Translations under genes and position numbers: made by a program
From: Phycisphaerae bacterium
Lineage (GTDB): Bacteria > Planctomycetota > Phycisphaerae > Sedimentisphaerales > UBA12454
Reading direction: 5' to 3'
Assembly (NCBI GenBank): GCA_041652575.1
Contig: JBAZHC010000001.1
Location: 70,636-134,635, forward strand
Length of the DNA stretch: 64,000 nucleotides
The notes under the pieces: generated by a model
What the model was told of the DNA's origin: nothing
Database searches by the model: none
The model's input: only the letters and a program-made list of their open reading frames with translations
In this document: piece after piece, positions 26,454 through 36,553 of the stretch
How the letters are laid out: each line of letters starts with the position of its first letter
How positions within the stretch are numbered: position 1 is the first letter of the stretch

Positions 26454-28640
26454 ATGTTCAAATATATCTGGCCGCAATGGCCCAGAATCATTGTGGTCGT
26501 ATGCGGCGCGCTAATCGTTTCGCTGCTGCTGTCGTTGAGCTTTATGACGCTTATCCCGCTTCTGAAAGTTATGATAGGGGAAGAGGGACTGCACGGCTGG
26601 GTGGACAGGAAAACCTGCAATTGGCGGTACAGCGTAGATTTTTACGTGCCGGATGTCGCGGATTTAACGGGGAAAAACGGCCAGGAAGTTACGCACAGTC
26701 TTATTATAACCAAAGTTACAAAGAATGGTTTGGCCGGGGCGGCAGGATTAAAACTGAACGACAGAATTATCGGCGCGGGCGACCTTTTAGTTGGGCCGGA
26801 GGCAGAGGAATTTATCGCTGCTGAATTGATGCAGGAAATGGCTAACGCGCCGAAAGGCCGATTGACAATTCAATTGCAGACGGTCGGCAACGATAATGTT
26901 TCCGAGATTAAACAGATTCAGATTGATTCGACGGCAGATGAGGCGTTTATGGAGTCTGCAAAATGGGGACCTGTCGAGCGAATCAAGTGGAACGCGGGAA
27001 AATCATTTTTTGCACAAGCACATAAGTTGATGCGTTTACTTCCGAGAGAAAAGACAAATGAAGGGAAAACCAAAGCAGTCACTTTTATTATGATAGTGAT
27101 GCTTGTGATTACGATGATTCGCTGTATAGCAAAGTTTTATCAGGATTATCTGGCACAGAAGGTAGTACAGGTGGCGATAAACGATTTACGGCTGGACGCT
27201 TTCGAGCATGTGATGAAGATGCCGATACGATATTTCATCAATGAACAGCCGAGCGATACCGTCAGCAGGCTTATAAGGGACAGCGGAGCCATGGGCAACG
27301 GCATTAAGGTTCTGCTGGGCAAGGCGCTTCGCGAACCACTCAATGCCTCCTTTTTCCTTGGGGCCGCGATGTTTTTGAACTGGCAGCTTACGCTTGTGTT
27401 TTTAGGCGGTGCGCCGGCCACGCTTTGGCTGACGGCATTACTGGGCAGGAAAATGAAGCATGCGACAAGAAAAACGCTTCTGTCGTGGGCGCAAATGCTC
27501 TCTAAGCTGCAGGAAACAGTGGCCGGGCTGAAGATTGTGAAAGTTTATAATCAGCAGGATTATGAGAAGGGCATTTTTAGTGCGATAAACAAAAAATTGC
27601 TGAAACAGATGCTGAAAGGTTCGCGTGTTGACGCGGCGACAATGCCCATACTGGAAGTGATTGGAATGGCGGCAGGTGCAGCGGCGATAATCTTCGGCAC
27701 ACACTGGATAAACAGAGGTCAGCTCGACGCTACTGAGTTTTTTACGATATTGATTTTGCTTGGCTCGGCGGCAGAGGCTGTGAGGAAAACGAGCGATATA
27801 TGGAACAAGATTCAGGAGGCGAACGCCGCGGCTGAAAGAGTGTTTTCTCTTATGGATGAACCGCTCGAGATTGAAAAACAGGATGCAGCAAAGCTGGCGA
27901 CGCTGAAGGAAAAAATCGAATTAAGGAATGTCGTATTTACCTATCCCGGCAGTGAGTCGGCCGTACTGAACGGCGTTAACCTGACGGTAATGGCCGGCCA
28001 TACCGTCGCAATTGTGGGTCCAAACGGTTCGGGCAAGACAACTTTGGCAAACCTGATTCCGAGGTTCTATGATGTTGACAGCGGTTCTGTTCTGTTTGAC
28101 GGGCAGGATATACGCGATGTTACGCTGAAAAGTCTCAGGGACCAGATTGGGATGGTAACGCAGAATGTGATAACATTTAACGGTACCGTCGCGACTAATA
28201 TCGCTTACGGCAAACCGCAGGCTTCGAAAGACGAAATAATCAAAGCCGCAAAAGGCGCTTTCGCGGATGAATTTATAGTTAATTTGCCGAATGGGTATGA
28301 GACGTTAATCGGCGAACAGGGCTGCGGTCTCAGCGGCGGGCAATTACAGAGAATTATTATAGCCAGGGCGATTCTGAAGAATCCTGCTGTTCTGATTTTC
28401 GACGAGGCCACAAGTCAGGTCGATGCCGACAGCGAAGCCAAGATTCACAGGGCCATAGAGAAGATTATGAAGGACAGGACTTGTTTTATCATTGCTCACA
28501 GGTTCAGCACCATTCTCAGTGCGGATGTAATTGTCGTAATGGACAAGGGGCAGATTGTCGCTCAGGGTTCACACGAAGAACTTGTCAAAAACTGTACTTT
28601 GTACAGGAGTTTGTACGAAACGCAATTGATTGTAACCTGA
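26454..28640 (+). CDS. MsbA-like ABC exporter (fused TMD-NBD) with a PDZ-like insert in the first periplasmic loop
   Basis: Walker A GPNGSGKTT, signature LSGGQLQR, and Walker B LIFDEATS. An insert of about 165 aa between TM1 and TM2 contains ITKVTKNGLAGAAGLKLNDRIIGAG. The start was placed at MFKYIWPQWPR. Confidence 0.85.
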   Translation: MFKYIWPQWPRIIVVVCGALIVSLLLSLSFMTLIPLLKVMIGEEGLHGWVDRKTCNWRYSVDFYVPDVADLTGKNGQEVTHSLIITKVTKNGLAGAAGLKLNDRIIGAGDLLVGPEAEEFIAAELMQEMANAPKGRLTIQLQTVGNDNVSEIKQIQIDSTADEAFMESAKWGPVERIKWNAGKSFFAQAHKLMRLLPREKTNEGKTKAVTFIMIVMLVITMIRCIAKFYQDYLAQKVVQVAINDLRLDAFEHVMKMPIRYFINEQPSDTVSRLIRDSGAMGNGIKVLLGKALREPLNASFFLGAAMFLNWQLTLVFLGGAPATLWLTALLGRKMKHATRKTLLSWAQMLSKLQETVAGLKIVKVYNQQDYEKGIFSAINKKLLKQMLKGSRVDAATMPILEVIGMAAGAAAIIFGTHWINRGQLDATEFFTILILLGSAAEAVRKTSDIWNKIQEANAAAERVFSLMDEPLEIEKQDAAKLATLKEKIELRNVVFTYPGSESAVLNGVNLTVMAGHTVAIVGPNGSGKTTLANLIPRFYDVDSGSVLFDGQDIRDVTLKSLRDQIGMVTQNVITFNGTVATNIAYGKPQASKDEIIKAAKGAFADEFIVNLPNGYETLIGEQGCGLSGGQLQRIIIARAILKNPAVLIFDEATSQVDADSEAKIHRAIEKIMKDRTCFIIAHRFSTILSADVIVVMDKGQIVAQGSHEELVKNCTLYRSLYETQLIVT

Positions 28641-28658
28641 TTTGGGCGGAGACCGCCG

Positions 28659-30536
28659 ATGGCGCCGAATATCAGTATCTGCATTCCAACCTATAACAGA
28701 GAGCATTTGCTTAAGGAAACCCTCGACAGTGTTTTTGCACAGACATATAAGGATTTCGAGGTTGTGATAGTCGATGACGGTTCGACCGACGGCACGAAGG
28801 AAATGCTTCGAAAGGGCGGTTATAATGTACGGTATCACTGGCAGAAAAATGCCGGCGATGCTGCGGCGAGAAATAAACTAATTGAACTTGCAGAGGGCAG
28901 GTATATATCATTTCTTGATTCGGACGACCTGTTGTTTCCCGATGCGCTCGAGCAAATGACGGCAGCAATACCGAAAGGAGTTGAAGATATTGTTGTTTAT
29001 GGTCCTTATGCCGCTATTGATGAAAAGGGGGATATACTTCACAGGAGAAAGAAAAAACTTTACAGCGGCAGGATAACGGAAAGGCTGTTTGAGAATATAC
29101 TGATACATTCCTGCGGTTCGCTTTTCCCGAAAAAAATTCTGGTCGAGGCCGGCGGGTTCAATACGTCTTTGCATGTTTGTTCCGATTATGATTTATGGCT
29201 GAAACTTTCTTTGAAATACGATTTTATCCCGGTTAATAAGCCGGTTTTTAAAAGACGCAGGCACAGCGGCAATCTATCCAAGGCATCTTTCACTAATCGC
29301 AATACCGAATATAAAGTACTTGAGAATTTTTATTACAACGGTGGCGGCATAAATGCGGTTCCTCGCAGACTGGCGATGAGACGATTGAGCAAGGAACAGT
29401 ACAGAGCCGCCAGGAGCGCTATCAGGGAATCAATACAGCAAACTGCCTGTGATTTATTAAAAAGTTCACTGAAAAGGCATTTTAATTTAAAGACTTTATT
29501 CTGGCTGCTTGTGGCGGAGATGCGGCAATTGACGAATCCGCAATCGGCCGGAATTCTTATCCTAAGTCATAACCCGTCTCGTGCCAGTTTTCGCCAGCGT
29601 ATCAGCGACTATCTGCCGTATTTACACGATGCGGGGATACAAACGAAAGTTTGTCGGCTTCCCGAGAATAAAATATCCCGCTGGATGCTGTTTTACTCGG
29701 CCCGAAAGTTTGACGCCGTTCTGCTTCACAAGAAATGCCTGAACCTGTTCGACGCGAAGATTCTGCGTTATTACAGCAAGATGATAATTTACGATTTTGA
29801 CGATGCAATAATGTATAGTCCTGTAAGACCTGAGAATAATCGAACGAGCCATTTTCGGTTATTCAGGCGAACGGCAAAAATGGCGGATGTGATGATTGCG
29901 GGCAATGAATATCTGGCGGAACATGCCCTGCGATACTGTTCGAATGTTTACATACTGCCGACAGGACTCGATACGGAAGCGTTCAGGCAAGCGGACAACA
30001 GGACGGTGCATAATAAAATTCGCCTGGTCTGGATAGGCAGTAAAATTACGCTGATGTATCTTTCAGAACTTCGGGAAGTTCTTGAACAGGTTGGAAAAAC
30101 AGATGCACAAATAGTTCTTCGTATTATCGCAGACGATTTTTTCGATATGGATTATATGCCTGTTGAAAAGCGTAAATGGTCGCTGGATTCGCAATATTCC
30201 GATTTATTGGAATGCGATATAGGCCTTGCGCCGCTGCCGGACAACCGGTTTACGCGGGGTAAGTGCGCCTTCAAAATTCTGCAGTATTTCGCTGCCGGCC
30301 TGCCAGTGGTCGCTTCGCCGGTAAGCGTTAACGGTGATTTTATTTATCAGAGCGGGGCTGGCGTTATTGCGTCGACGCCTGAAGAATGGAAAGAGAAAAT
30401 CCTGAAAATGGTTCAGGATGCCGCGTTGCGCGACAGGTTAGGCCAAAACGCCGGACAATTTGTTCAACAATATGACAGGAAGGTTCTCGCCGGGAAGTTT
30501 TGTGAAATAATAAAGAAAAGTATTCAAAAGACATAA
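28659..30536 (+). CDS. Fusion glycosyltransferase: GT2 (N-terminal) plus GT1/GT4-like (C-terminal)
   Basis: The N-terminus is ISICIPTYNRE...VVIVDDGSTDGT...LDSDD. The C-terminus has the GT-B tail pattern GLAPLP...KILQYFAAGLPVVASP. Confidence 0.8.
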   Translation: MAPNISICIPTYNREHLLKETLDSVFAQTYKDFEVVIVDDGSTDGTKEMLRKGGYNVRYHWQKNAGDAAARNKLIELAEGRYISFLDSDDLLFPDALEQMTAAIPKGVEDIVVYGPYAAIDEKGDILHRRKKKLYSGRITERLFENILIHSCGSLFPKKILVEAGGFNTSLHVCSDYDLWLKLSLKYDFIPVNKPVFKRRRHSGNLSKASFTNRNTEYKVLENFYYNGGGINAVPRRLAMRRLSKEQYRAARSAIRESIQQTACDLLKSSLKRHFNLKTLFWLLVAEMRQLTNPQSAGILILSHNPSRASFRQRISDYLPYLHDAGIQTKVCRLPENKISRWMLFYSARKFDAVLLHKKCLNLFDAKILRYYSKMIIYDFDDAIMYSPVRPENNRTSHFRLFRRTAKMADVMIAGNEYLAEHALRYCSNVYILPTGLDTEAFRQADNRTVHNKIRLVWIGSKITLMYLSELREVLEQVGKTDAQIVLRIIADDFFDMDYMPVEKRKWSLDSQYSDLLECDIGLAPLPDNRFTRGKCAFKILQYFAAGLPVVASPVSVNGDFIYQSGAGVIASTPEEWKEKILKMVQDAALRDRLGQNAGQFVQQYDRKVLAGKFCEIIKKSIQKT

Positions 30537-30540
30537 CTAA

Positions 30541-31542
30541 TCATTTTTTCGCATATACGCTCATCCTGCTTGTTTTTCCGCATCTGGCGAGCAAAAATAC
30601 AAAAGGCTTAACAAATATTTTACGAACCGGGCGCGATTTCAAAATATGATGCGGCAATTTGTTGTCAAGATATTGCGCCGAGGCGACAAGGTCCTTTGCG
30701 GAACTCTGATGGACGATTTTTTCAACGGTAAAACCTGTTTTATTCAGCATTGCTTTGATGGTAGCCGGCGAAAAATGGTTCAGATGCTGGGGCACATGAA
30801 GCGTATAAGCATATTTGCCATAAATTCTTGCCTCGAACCCAGATATATCCGGCACAGAAATGATCAACTGACCGCCTTTTTTCAGGAATTTATATACCCG
30901 GTTCAAACACTGTGCCGGTTCGTGTATATGCTCAAGGGCCATACTCATGTGGACAACGTCAAAAAAATCATCCGGGCATTGGTATTCGTCGAAGAACCCG
31001 TTGAAAATATTATTCAGGCCGAGAGTTTCCCTGGCATAATCGACGGCTTTTTTATTAATTTCTATCCCGTGCACTTCCCAGCCGTAGTGAGCCATTTTGG
31101 CGGCGAACGAACCCCATGAACAGCCGATGTCGAGAAGCCTTCCGCCGGGAACGAACCGCGGGATATGATCGACGGCAAGTCTGTGCCGGAAAAGTTTTTC
31201 AAACAGAAAGGCCCGAGATTTGCCGAAGGGCGATTCGAATTGGTAGCCGTAATAATTTGCCAAAACTGTTCTTGCGATTTTTTCCTCGATGGAATTATCT
31301 TTATTTTTCGAATCCGGCTGATAATAACCTGCCGAGTCGGGATAAAAGAAACCTATCGTATCTTTTGTCGGGCGGGGATTGGTAAAAACCATTTGGCAGT
31401 CGCGGCATTTTACAAGGGTGAAGAAATTATCAGTTCCGCCATAGAGTTCTTTGGCGTTCGTTATATACGGGGCATAATTATTTTTGCCGCATAAAGGACA
31501 GTTTACTGTTTCAAGATTATAACTCATTTTTTTACCAGACAA
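30541..31542 (-). CDS. Class I SAM-dependent methyltransferase with an N-terminal zinc ribbon
   Basis: CPLCG...CRDC pairs and SAM motif I LLDIGCSWGSF. Confidence 0.8.
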   Translation of the reverse strand: MSGKKMSYNLETVNCPLCGKNNYAPYITNAKELYGGTDNFFTLVKCRDCQMVFTNPRPTKDTIGFFYPDSAGYYQPDSKNKDNSIEEKIARTVLANYYGYQFESPFGKSRAFLFEKLFRHRLAVDHIPRFVPGGRLLDIGCSWGSFAAKMAHYGWEVHGIEINKKAVDYARETLGLNNIFNGFFDEYQCPDDFFDVVHMSMALEHIHEPAQCLNRVYKFLKKGGQLIISVPDISGFEARIYGKYAYTLHVPQHLNHFSPATIKAMLNKTGFTVEKIVHQSSAKDLVASAQYLDNKLPHHILKSRPVRKIFVKPFVFLLARCGKTSRMSVYAKK

Positions 31543-31554
31543 ATCGCTGCAATT

Positions 31555-32388
31555 TTACGCCCTAAATAACACATCCGCCCCTTTAGTCATTTTTTCAAGA
31601 TCGATACGATGGCTGCCGAAAATATCATAGCATTTGTATCCATACCGCCCCATAAATTCTGAAAGTTCCCTGAGACTTTTTCCCATAAGCTTAAAAGCAG
31701 CAGGAGTAATCTCGGCAACAATAGGAGGGAGATTGCCTTTCGATTTATCGAAAAATCCGGAAGTCCCTAACAGTACCGGCAACTCAAAGCCTTCCGTATC
31801 AATTTTAATCAGGGAAATATTTGATATTTTGCATTTTTCAAGGTAGCTATCCAGCCTGCCGATTGTAACCGGGAAAGTCTCTTCGACGTGTTCCTGAGGC
31901 ACAAACCCTGGAATTATCGAACTGCCCCCAAGACCGTGTTTGTGCTTAGTAATAGAGATTTGCCCGTTACTTTCTCCCAAAGCCATATTATTGACCACGA
32001 AATTGAATTCCGGATTTAAGCGGGCCAATGTTAATAAACGTTCATAATAAGCCGGAATAGGCTCAAAACTGTGAACTGTGCCTTCCTTTCCGACCAGACT
32101 CATACCGAACGCGGTTAAATAACCAACGTTTGCCCCTATATCAAGAAAAACGCCTCCGGGCTTTAGGTATTTCTTCAATGCCTCTCTGACATAAAACTCG
32201 TAGATTCCATAATACATTTTTTTGATATTTGAACCTAATGAGAAGTCAAAGATAAATTTAATATCATTGACATAACCTTCATATACAGGAACCCTGCGCG
32301 GCATCGAACCGTATTTATATCTGCATTTATGCCACTTTATTTTGTAATACAGAAGCGGATGTTTAAACCATAAACCGCGTATTTTCAT
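31555..32388 (-). CDS. FkbM-family methyltransferase
   Basis: Contains FLDIGANVGYLT...VHSFEPIP...IKIDTEGFE. Confidence 0.8.
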   Translation of the reverse strand: MKIRGLWFKHPLLYYKIKWHKCRYKYGSMPRRVPVYEGYVNDIKFIFDFSLGSNIKKMYYGIYEFYVREALKKYLKPGGVFLDIGANVGYLTAFGMSLVGKEGTVHSFEPIPAYYERLLTLARLNPEFNFVVNNMALGESNGQISITKHKHGLGGSSIIPGFVPQEHVEETFPVTIGRLDSYLEKCKISNISLIKIDTEGFELPVLLGTSGFFDKSKGNLPPIVAEITPAAFKLMGKSLRELSEFMGRYGYKCYDIFGSHRIDLEKMTKGADVLFRA

Positions 32389-33434
32389 ATTTCTGCTCCT
32401 TCAGTGTTCATATTCGTCCACGGGGCGTCGTAGCTGCCTTTTACAATCGAATCGATAATATATCGGGCTATCTTTTCACAATTAAATTCGTCGTGCGCAC
32501 GCTGCATACCGGCCGCTGCGATTTTTTGCCGTTCCTGGTCGTGCTTTAAGTACCAGTCGGCCAGTTCGAAAAATTCGTCGTTTGTTTCGAAGTAACGGAG
32601 ATGAGTGCCATCCTGGAAAAGCAAGTCGGAATCCGGAACCTTTTTGGCTAAGACAAATGTGCCGCAGGATAAATAGGTATAAAAACGGTCTGAATGACAC
32701 ATTCTGACATTATTATCAGCGTTAACGCTCAGGCCGATACGAGCTCCATTAATCGCATACAGATAATCCATACCGCCTATTTTAGGAAATCCGAAAGCAC
32801 CATATATTCTGGCGTTTGCTGTTTTTGAAAGTCTTGTGAGCAGTTCACTGCGAGTGTTTTCTACCGGGTACTTCGAACTTTTATCTCTGGTTTGTCCGGT
32901 AAATAAAATGTCGCATTTCCATTCTTCAGAAATATTGTATCTATGCTCCAAATCCGGGTCGCAGGGATAAGGCATAAAAACACATTTAATTCCCGAATCT
33001 TTATAAGCCTGCCGTCCACTTCCATCATTGGTTGTTATAACTAAATCCGTTTCTTTGGCGGCTTCAATCCGGTTTTTATGCAAATGAGGCCACAAGTCGC
33101 CGTCAAAAGCGCATATAAACGCATTCTTATTGGCCAGTCTTAATTTCTGAATAGTCTGCCTGTCCAGGAAATTTGCGAAAGTAATCATAATTATATCTGG
33201 TTGGTATTTTTTACTCTGCCGGACTAATAAATCATCCACCTTATCTTTGCAGATTTTTCTTGTAAGAAGATATGATGTCAGCGGCGCACAGTGGGAAAAT
33301 GCCGTATTGTAATCAAAGGCCTGAACATCACAGCCTGAACGAATAAATCCTTTACCTAATTTTCTTTGGATGTCTTTAATTAATTTAGCTGTGTATTGCT
33401 TTGAATCACCGACAATAAGAATTCTATAACCCAT
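32385..33434 (-). CDS. CgeB-like / GT1-type glycosyltransferase family protein
   Basis: The C-terminal RFYTYLSCGTFVL...YFETNDEF...AAAGMQRAHDEF resembles the CgeB/DUF3880-type GT-B tail. Confidence 0.6.
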   Translation of the reverse strand: MGYRILIVGDSKQYTAKLIKDIQRKLGKGFIRSGCDVQAFDYNTAFSHCAPLTSYLLTRKICKDKVDDLLVRQSKKYQPDIIMITFANFLDRQTIQKLRLANKNAFICAFDGDLWPHLHKNRIEAAKETDLVITTNDGSGRQAYKDSGIKCVFMPYPCDPDLEHRYNISEEWKCDILFTGQTRDKSSKYPVENTRSELLTRLSKTANARIYGAFGFPKIGGMDYLYAINGARIGLSVNADNNVRMCHSDRFYTYLSCGTFVLAKKVPDSDLLFQDGTHLRYFETNDEFFELADWYLKHDQERQKIAAAGMQRAHDEFNCEKIARYIIDSIVKGSYDAPWTNMNTEGAEI

Positions 33435-33464
33435 AAAATCTTTTTAAAATATTAAAATATATTT

Positions 33465-34481
33465 CTATCTATTGGCGTACATCTTTTGATAATACTGTTG
33501 ATAATTGCCGCTGGTTACACGGCTGAGCCATTTTTTATTTTGGAGGTACCAGTCAATCGTATTTTTTATACCCTGCTCGAATTTTGTTGCCGCGTGCCAG
33601 CCGAGCTGAGCGTTTGTTTTCGCAGAGTCTATAGCATATCGCCGGTCGTGGCCGGGACGGTCTTTGACAAACGTTATCAGCGACTGAGGTTTATCAACCA
33701 GCTTGAGTATCGTATTTACCACTTCGAGGTTTGTTTTTTCATTGCTCGAACCGATGTTATAAACTTCGCCGCTCTTTCCGTCCGTTAAAACTTTCCATAC
33801 GGCCCTGCAATGGTCCTCGACGTGTATCCAGTCGCGAACATTCAAACCATCGCCGTAAACGGGCAAAGGTTTATCGTTCAGAGCGTTGTTTATCATCAGC
33901 GGAATCATTTTTTCAGGGAATTGATACGGGCCGTAATTATTCGAGCATCTGGTTATGCTGTAATTGAGTCCCCATGTATGCCCAAAGGCTTTTACGAGCA
34001 AATCTGCCGCGGCTTTACTTGCCGAGTACGGTGAATTTGGAGACAGAGGAGTTTCTTCCGTGAATTTGCCGGTCGGGCCAAGCTCGCCGTAAACCTCGTC
34101 GGTTGAAATCTGTATGAAACGCTTGATTTTTTTGTCGCAGGCGGCCTGGAGCAGGGTAAGCGTGCCGGTTACGTTGGTTTCGATAAAAATTTTGGGTTCC
34201 GTTATCGAACGGTCGACGTGACTTTCGGCGGCAAAGTTTACAATCGTATCGATTTTGTTTTTATCGATTATATCCTCAACTGTTTTGCCGTCGCATATAT
34301 CGGCTTTGACGAAAAGATGGTTGGGATGCTTAAGAAAGCCTTCAAGATTTTCAAGATTTCCGGCATAAGTGAGTTTGTCGAGATTGACGATGAAACAATC
34401 CGGCTGTTCGGCAAGCAGTAATCTTACGAAATTGCTTCCTATAAAGCCTGCCCCGCCTGTAACGAGAATTCTTTTCATCAT
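33465..34481 (-). CDS. rfbB: dTDP-glucose 4,6-dehydratase
   Basis: Contains ILVTGGAGFIGSNF, the YSASKAA catalytic YxxxK, and RPGHDRRYAID. Confidence 0.95.
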   Translation of the reverse strand: MMKRILVTGGAGFIGSNFVRLLLAEQPDCFIVNLDKLTYAGNLENLEGFLKHPNHLFVKADICDGKTVEDIIDKNKIDTIVNFAAESHVDRSITEPKIFIETNVTGTLTLLQAACDKKIKRFIQISTDEVYGELGPTGKFTEETPLSPNSPYSASKAAADLLVKAFGHTWGLNYSITRCSNNYGPYQFPEKMIPLMINNALNDKPLPVYGDGLNVRDWIHVEDHCRAVWKVLTDGKSGEVYNIGSSNEKTNLEVVNTILKLVDKPQSLITFVKDRPGHDRRYAIDSAKTNAQLGWHAATKFEQGIKNTIDWYLQNKKWLSRVTSGNYQQYYQKMYANR

Positions 34482-35311
34482 ATTGTTTTCAAAAACCTTT
34501 CAAGAGATTTTTGCCACAATTCAATCGGTTTGTCAAGTAAAGACTGTATTTTGTCGCAGTGGAATCTGCTGTTGGCGGGTCTCGCTGCGGCGGTTTTAAA
34601 TTCGCTCGTTTTGCACGGAACGACTTCAGTATCGAGGTTAAGTTTTTCGAAAACAAATTTTGCCATCTCGCAGCGGCTGGTAAAACCGGTGGCGGCATAG
34701 TGGAAAATACCCTGCGGTTTTTTCGCGATAAACTCGTGAATGACTTTGGCGGCTTCACAAGTCCATGTCGGCGAGCCGAACTGGTCGTCAACAACTTTTA
34801 AACTGTCTCTTTGTTTGGAAAGAGAAACCAGTTTGCTTATGAAGTTATTGCCGTTTTTGCCGTAGGTCCACTGGACACGAATAATAGCAAAATTGTTATG
34901 ATTTTTCGCTAAAAGCGTTTCGCCTTCGAGCTTGCTTTTGCCGTAAGCGTTTATTGGGTTAGGCATATCGGTTTCGATGTAAGGCGTTTCTTTTTTGCCG
35001 TTGAAAACAAAATCGGTGCTTATGTGAATAACATAGATATTTTTTTTATTGGCGATTTGAGCGAGATTGCCAACCGCCTCGGCGTTTACCTTAAAAGCGA
35101 GGTCATATTGACTTTCAGTTTTTTCGACATCTGTAAACGCGGCGCAGTTAATAACAATATTCGCATTTTCGACGGCCCCGGCGAGCTGCTTTTTATCGGT
35201 GATATCAAAATTCGGCAGGTCGAGAGCGGTTATATTATCTCCGGCGCATAAATTACAAATCTCTGAACCGAGCATACCCTTTGCGCCGAGCAGTACAATT
35301 TTTTCAGCCAT
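34478..35311 (-). CDS. rfbD: dTDP-4-dehydrorhamnose reductase
   Basis: Contains LLGAKGMLG, YGKSKLEGE and RPANSRF. It overlaps rfbB by 4 nt. Confidence 0.9.
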   Translation of the reverse strand: MAEKIVLLGAKGMLGSEICNLCAGDNITALDLPNFDITDKKQLAGAVENANIVINCAAFTDVEKTESQYDLAFKVNAEAVGNLAQIANKKNIYVIHISTDFVFNGKKETPYIETDMPNPINAYGKSKLEGETLLAKNHNNFAIIRVQWTYGKNGNNFISKLVSLSKQRDSLKVVDDQFGSPTWTCEAAKVIHEFIAKKPQGIFHYAATGFTSRCEMAKFVFEKLNLDTEVVPCKTSEFKTAAARPANSRFHCDKIQSLLDKPIELWQKSLERFLKTI

Positions 35312-35831
35312 CCTGACGTGTCCAGTCGTAAGGGATGTCGTTGTCGTGAGGCGGTATTCTGAATTCGTCGGGCTGAGTGTAATTGTAAACTTCAGTCGGC
35401 GTGTTTACTATGTATGCCTCATCCTGACTTACACACATCCATCCGTGGCATACGCCTGGCGGAATCTTCAAAACTGCCGGACAATGCTCGCCCATATAAA
35501 TCTGGTTGACGCTGCCTTTGGTTTTCGAATCGTCCCTCGCATCGTAAAGAGCGACCTTTATCGTGCCTTTTACCACATAAAAGTAATCGGTTTGTTTTTT
35601 ATGCCAGTGCCAGGCCTTTACGACGCCGGGATATGTCGAGGTAAAATAAACCTGTCCGAATTTTTCAAACAGTTCGTCATCGGCCCGCATAATTTCGCCG
35701 AGTCTGCCGCGTTCGTCCAGAAGAACCTTTGCGGCTTTTACCTTAACGCCTTCAATCAAACCGGCCGAGCCTGTAATGATAATCGAACCTTCGGAAAAAA
35801 CTCTTTTCAATGTCGCTGTTTTTTTTGTCAT
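35304..35831 (-). CDS. rfbC: dTDP-4-dehydrorhamnose 3,5-epimerase-family cupin
   Basis: The RmlC-like core is RGRLGE...VKAWHWHKKQTDYFYVVKG...GVCHGW. It lies between rfbA and rfbD. Confidence 0.8.
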   Translation of the reverse strand: MTKKTATLKRVFSEGSIIITGSAGLIEGVKVKAAKVLLDERGRLGEIMRADDELFEKFGQVYFTSTYPGVVKAWHWHKKQTDYFYVVKGTIKVALYDARDDSKTKGSVNQIYMGEHCPAVLKIPPGVCHGWMCVSQDEAYIVNTPTEVYNYTQPDEFRIPPHDNDIPYDWTRQDG

Positions 35832-36553
35832 TCTGGAGGCTCCTTAATAACCAGTTTGTTTGCAGTGTTAAGCGATTCAAATGTTCCGGCATCTGTCCAC
35901 CAGCCGGCCAGAATATCATATTCGAGCTGATTGCGGCCGATATAAACGTTATTGACGTCGGTGATTTCAAACTCTCCGCGGCCGGAGGGCTTTAACGTTT
36001 TGATTATGTTGAAAACATCGCTGTCGTAAAAATATATTCCGGTTACAGCGTGATTTGTTTTCGGATTTTTCGGTTTCTCGATAATTTTGGTTACTTTTCC
36101 GTCTGAAATTTCAGCGACTCCGAAACGCTGCGGATTTTCGACTTTTTTGAGCAGGACTCTTGCTCCTTTTTTCTGGGCGGTAAATTTTTTCAGGTAAGGC
36201 TTTAATGGTGCCTTGAAGATGTTATCGCCGAGGATTATGACAAGGCCGCTGGTGCCTGCGAAGTTTTCCGCCAGAGAAAGTGCCTGAGCGATACCGCCGG
36301 CCTGGTCCTGAACTTTATAGGTGAATCGACAGCCGAAATCTTTGCCTGAACCGAGCAGATTTACCACGTCGCCCATGTGGTCAACACCTGTTACAATAAG
36401 AATTTCCTTTATTCCGGCTGAGACGAGTTTTTCGACAGGGTAGTAAATCATCGGTTTTTTACCGACAGCCAATAGATGTTTATTTGTAACCTTAGTCAGG
36501 GGCATCAGGCGGGAACCTGTTCCGCCGGCCAGAACGACACCTTTTATGTCCAC
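35828..36553 (-). CDS. rfbA: Glucose-1-phosphate thymidylyltransferase (short form)
   Basis: Contains VVLAGGTGSRLMPLT..NKHLL and LGDNIF. Confidence 0.85.
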   Translation of the reverse strand: MDIKGVVLAGGTGSRLMPLTKVTNKHLLAVGKKPMIYYPVEKLVSAGIKEILIVTGVDHMGDVVNLLGSGKDFGCRFTYKVQDQAGGIAQALSLAENFAGTSGLVIILGDNIFKAPLKPYLKKFTAQKKGARVLLKKVENPQRFGVAEISDGKVTKIIEKPKNPKTNHAVTGIYFYDSDVFNIIKTLKPSGRGEFEITDVNNVYIGRNQLEYDILAGWWTDAGTFESLNTANKLVIKEPPE

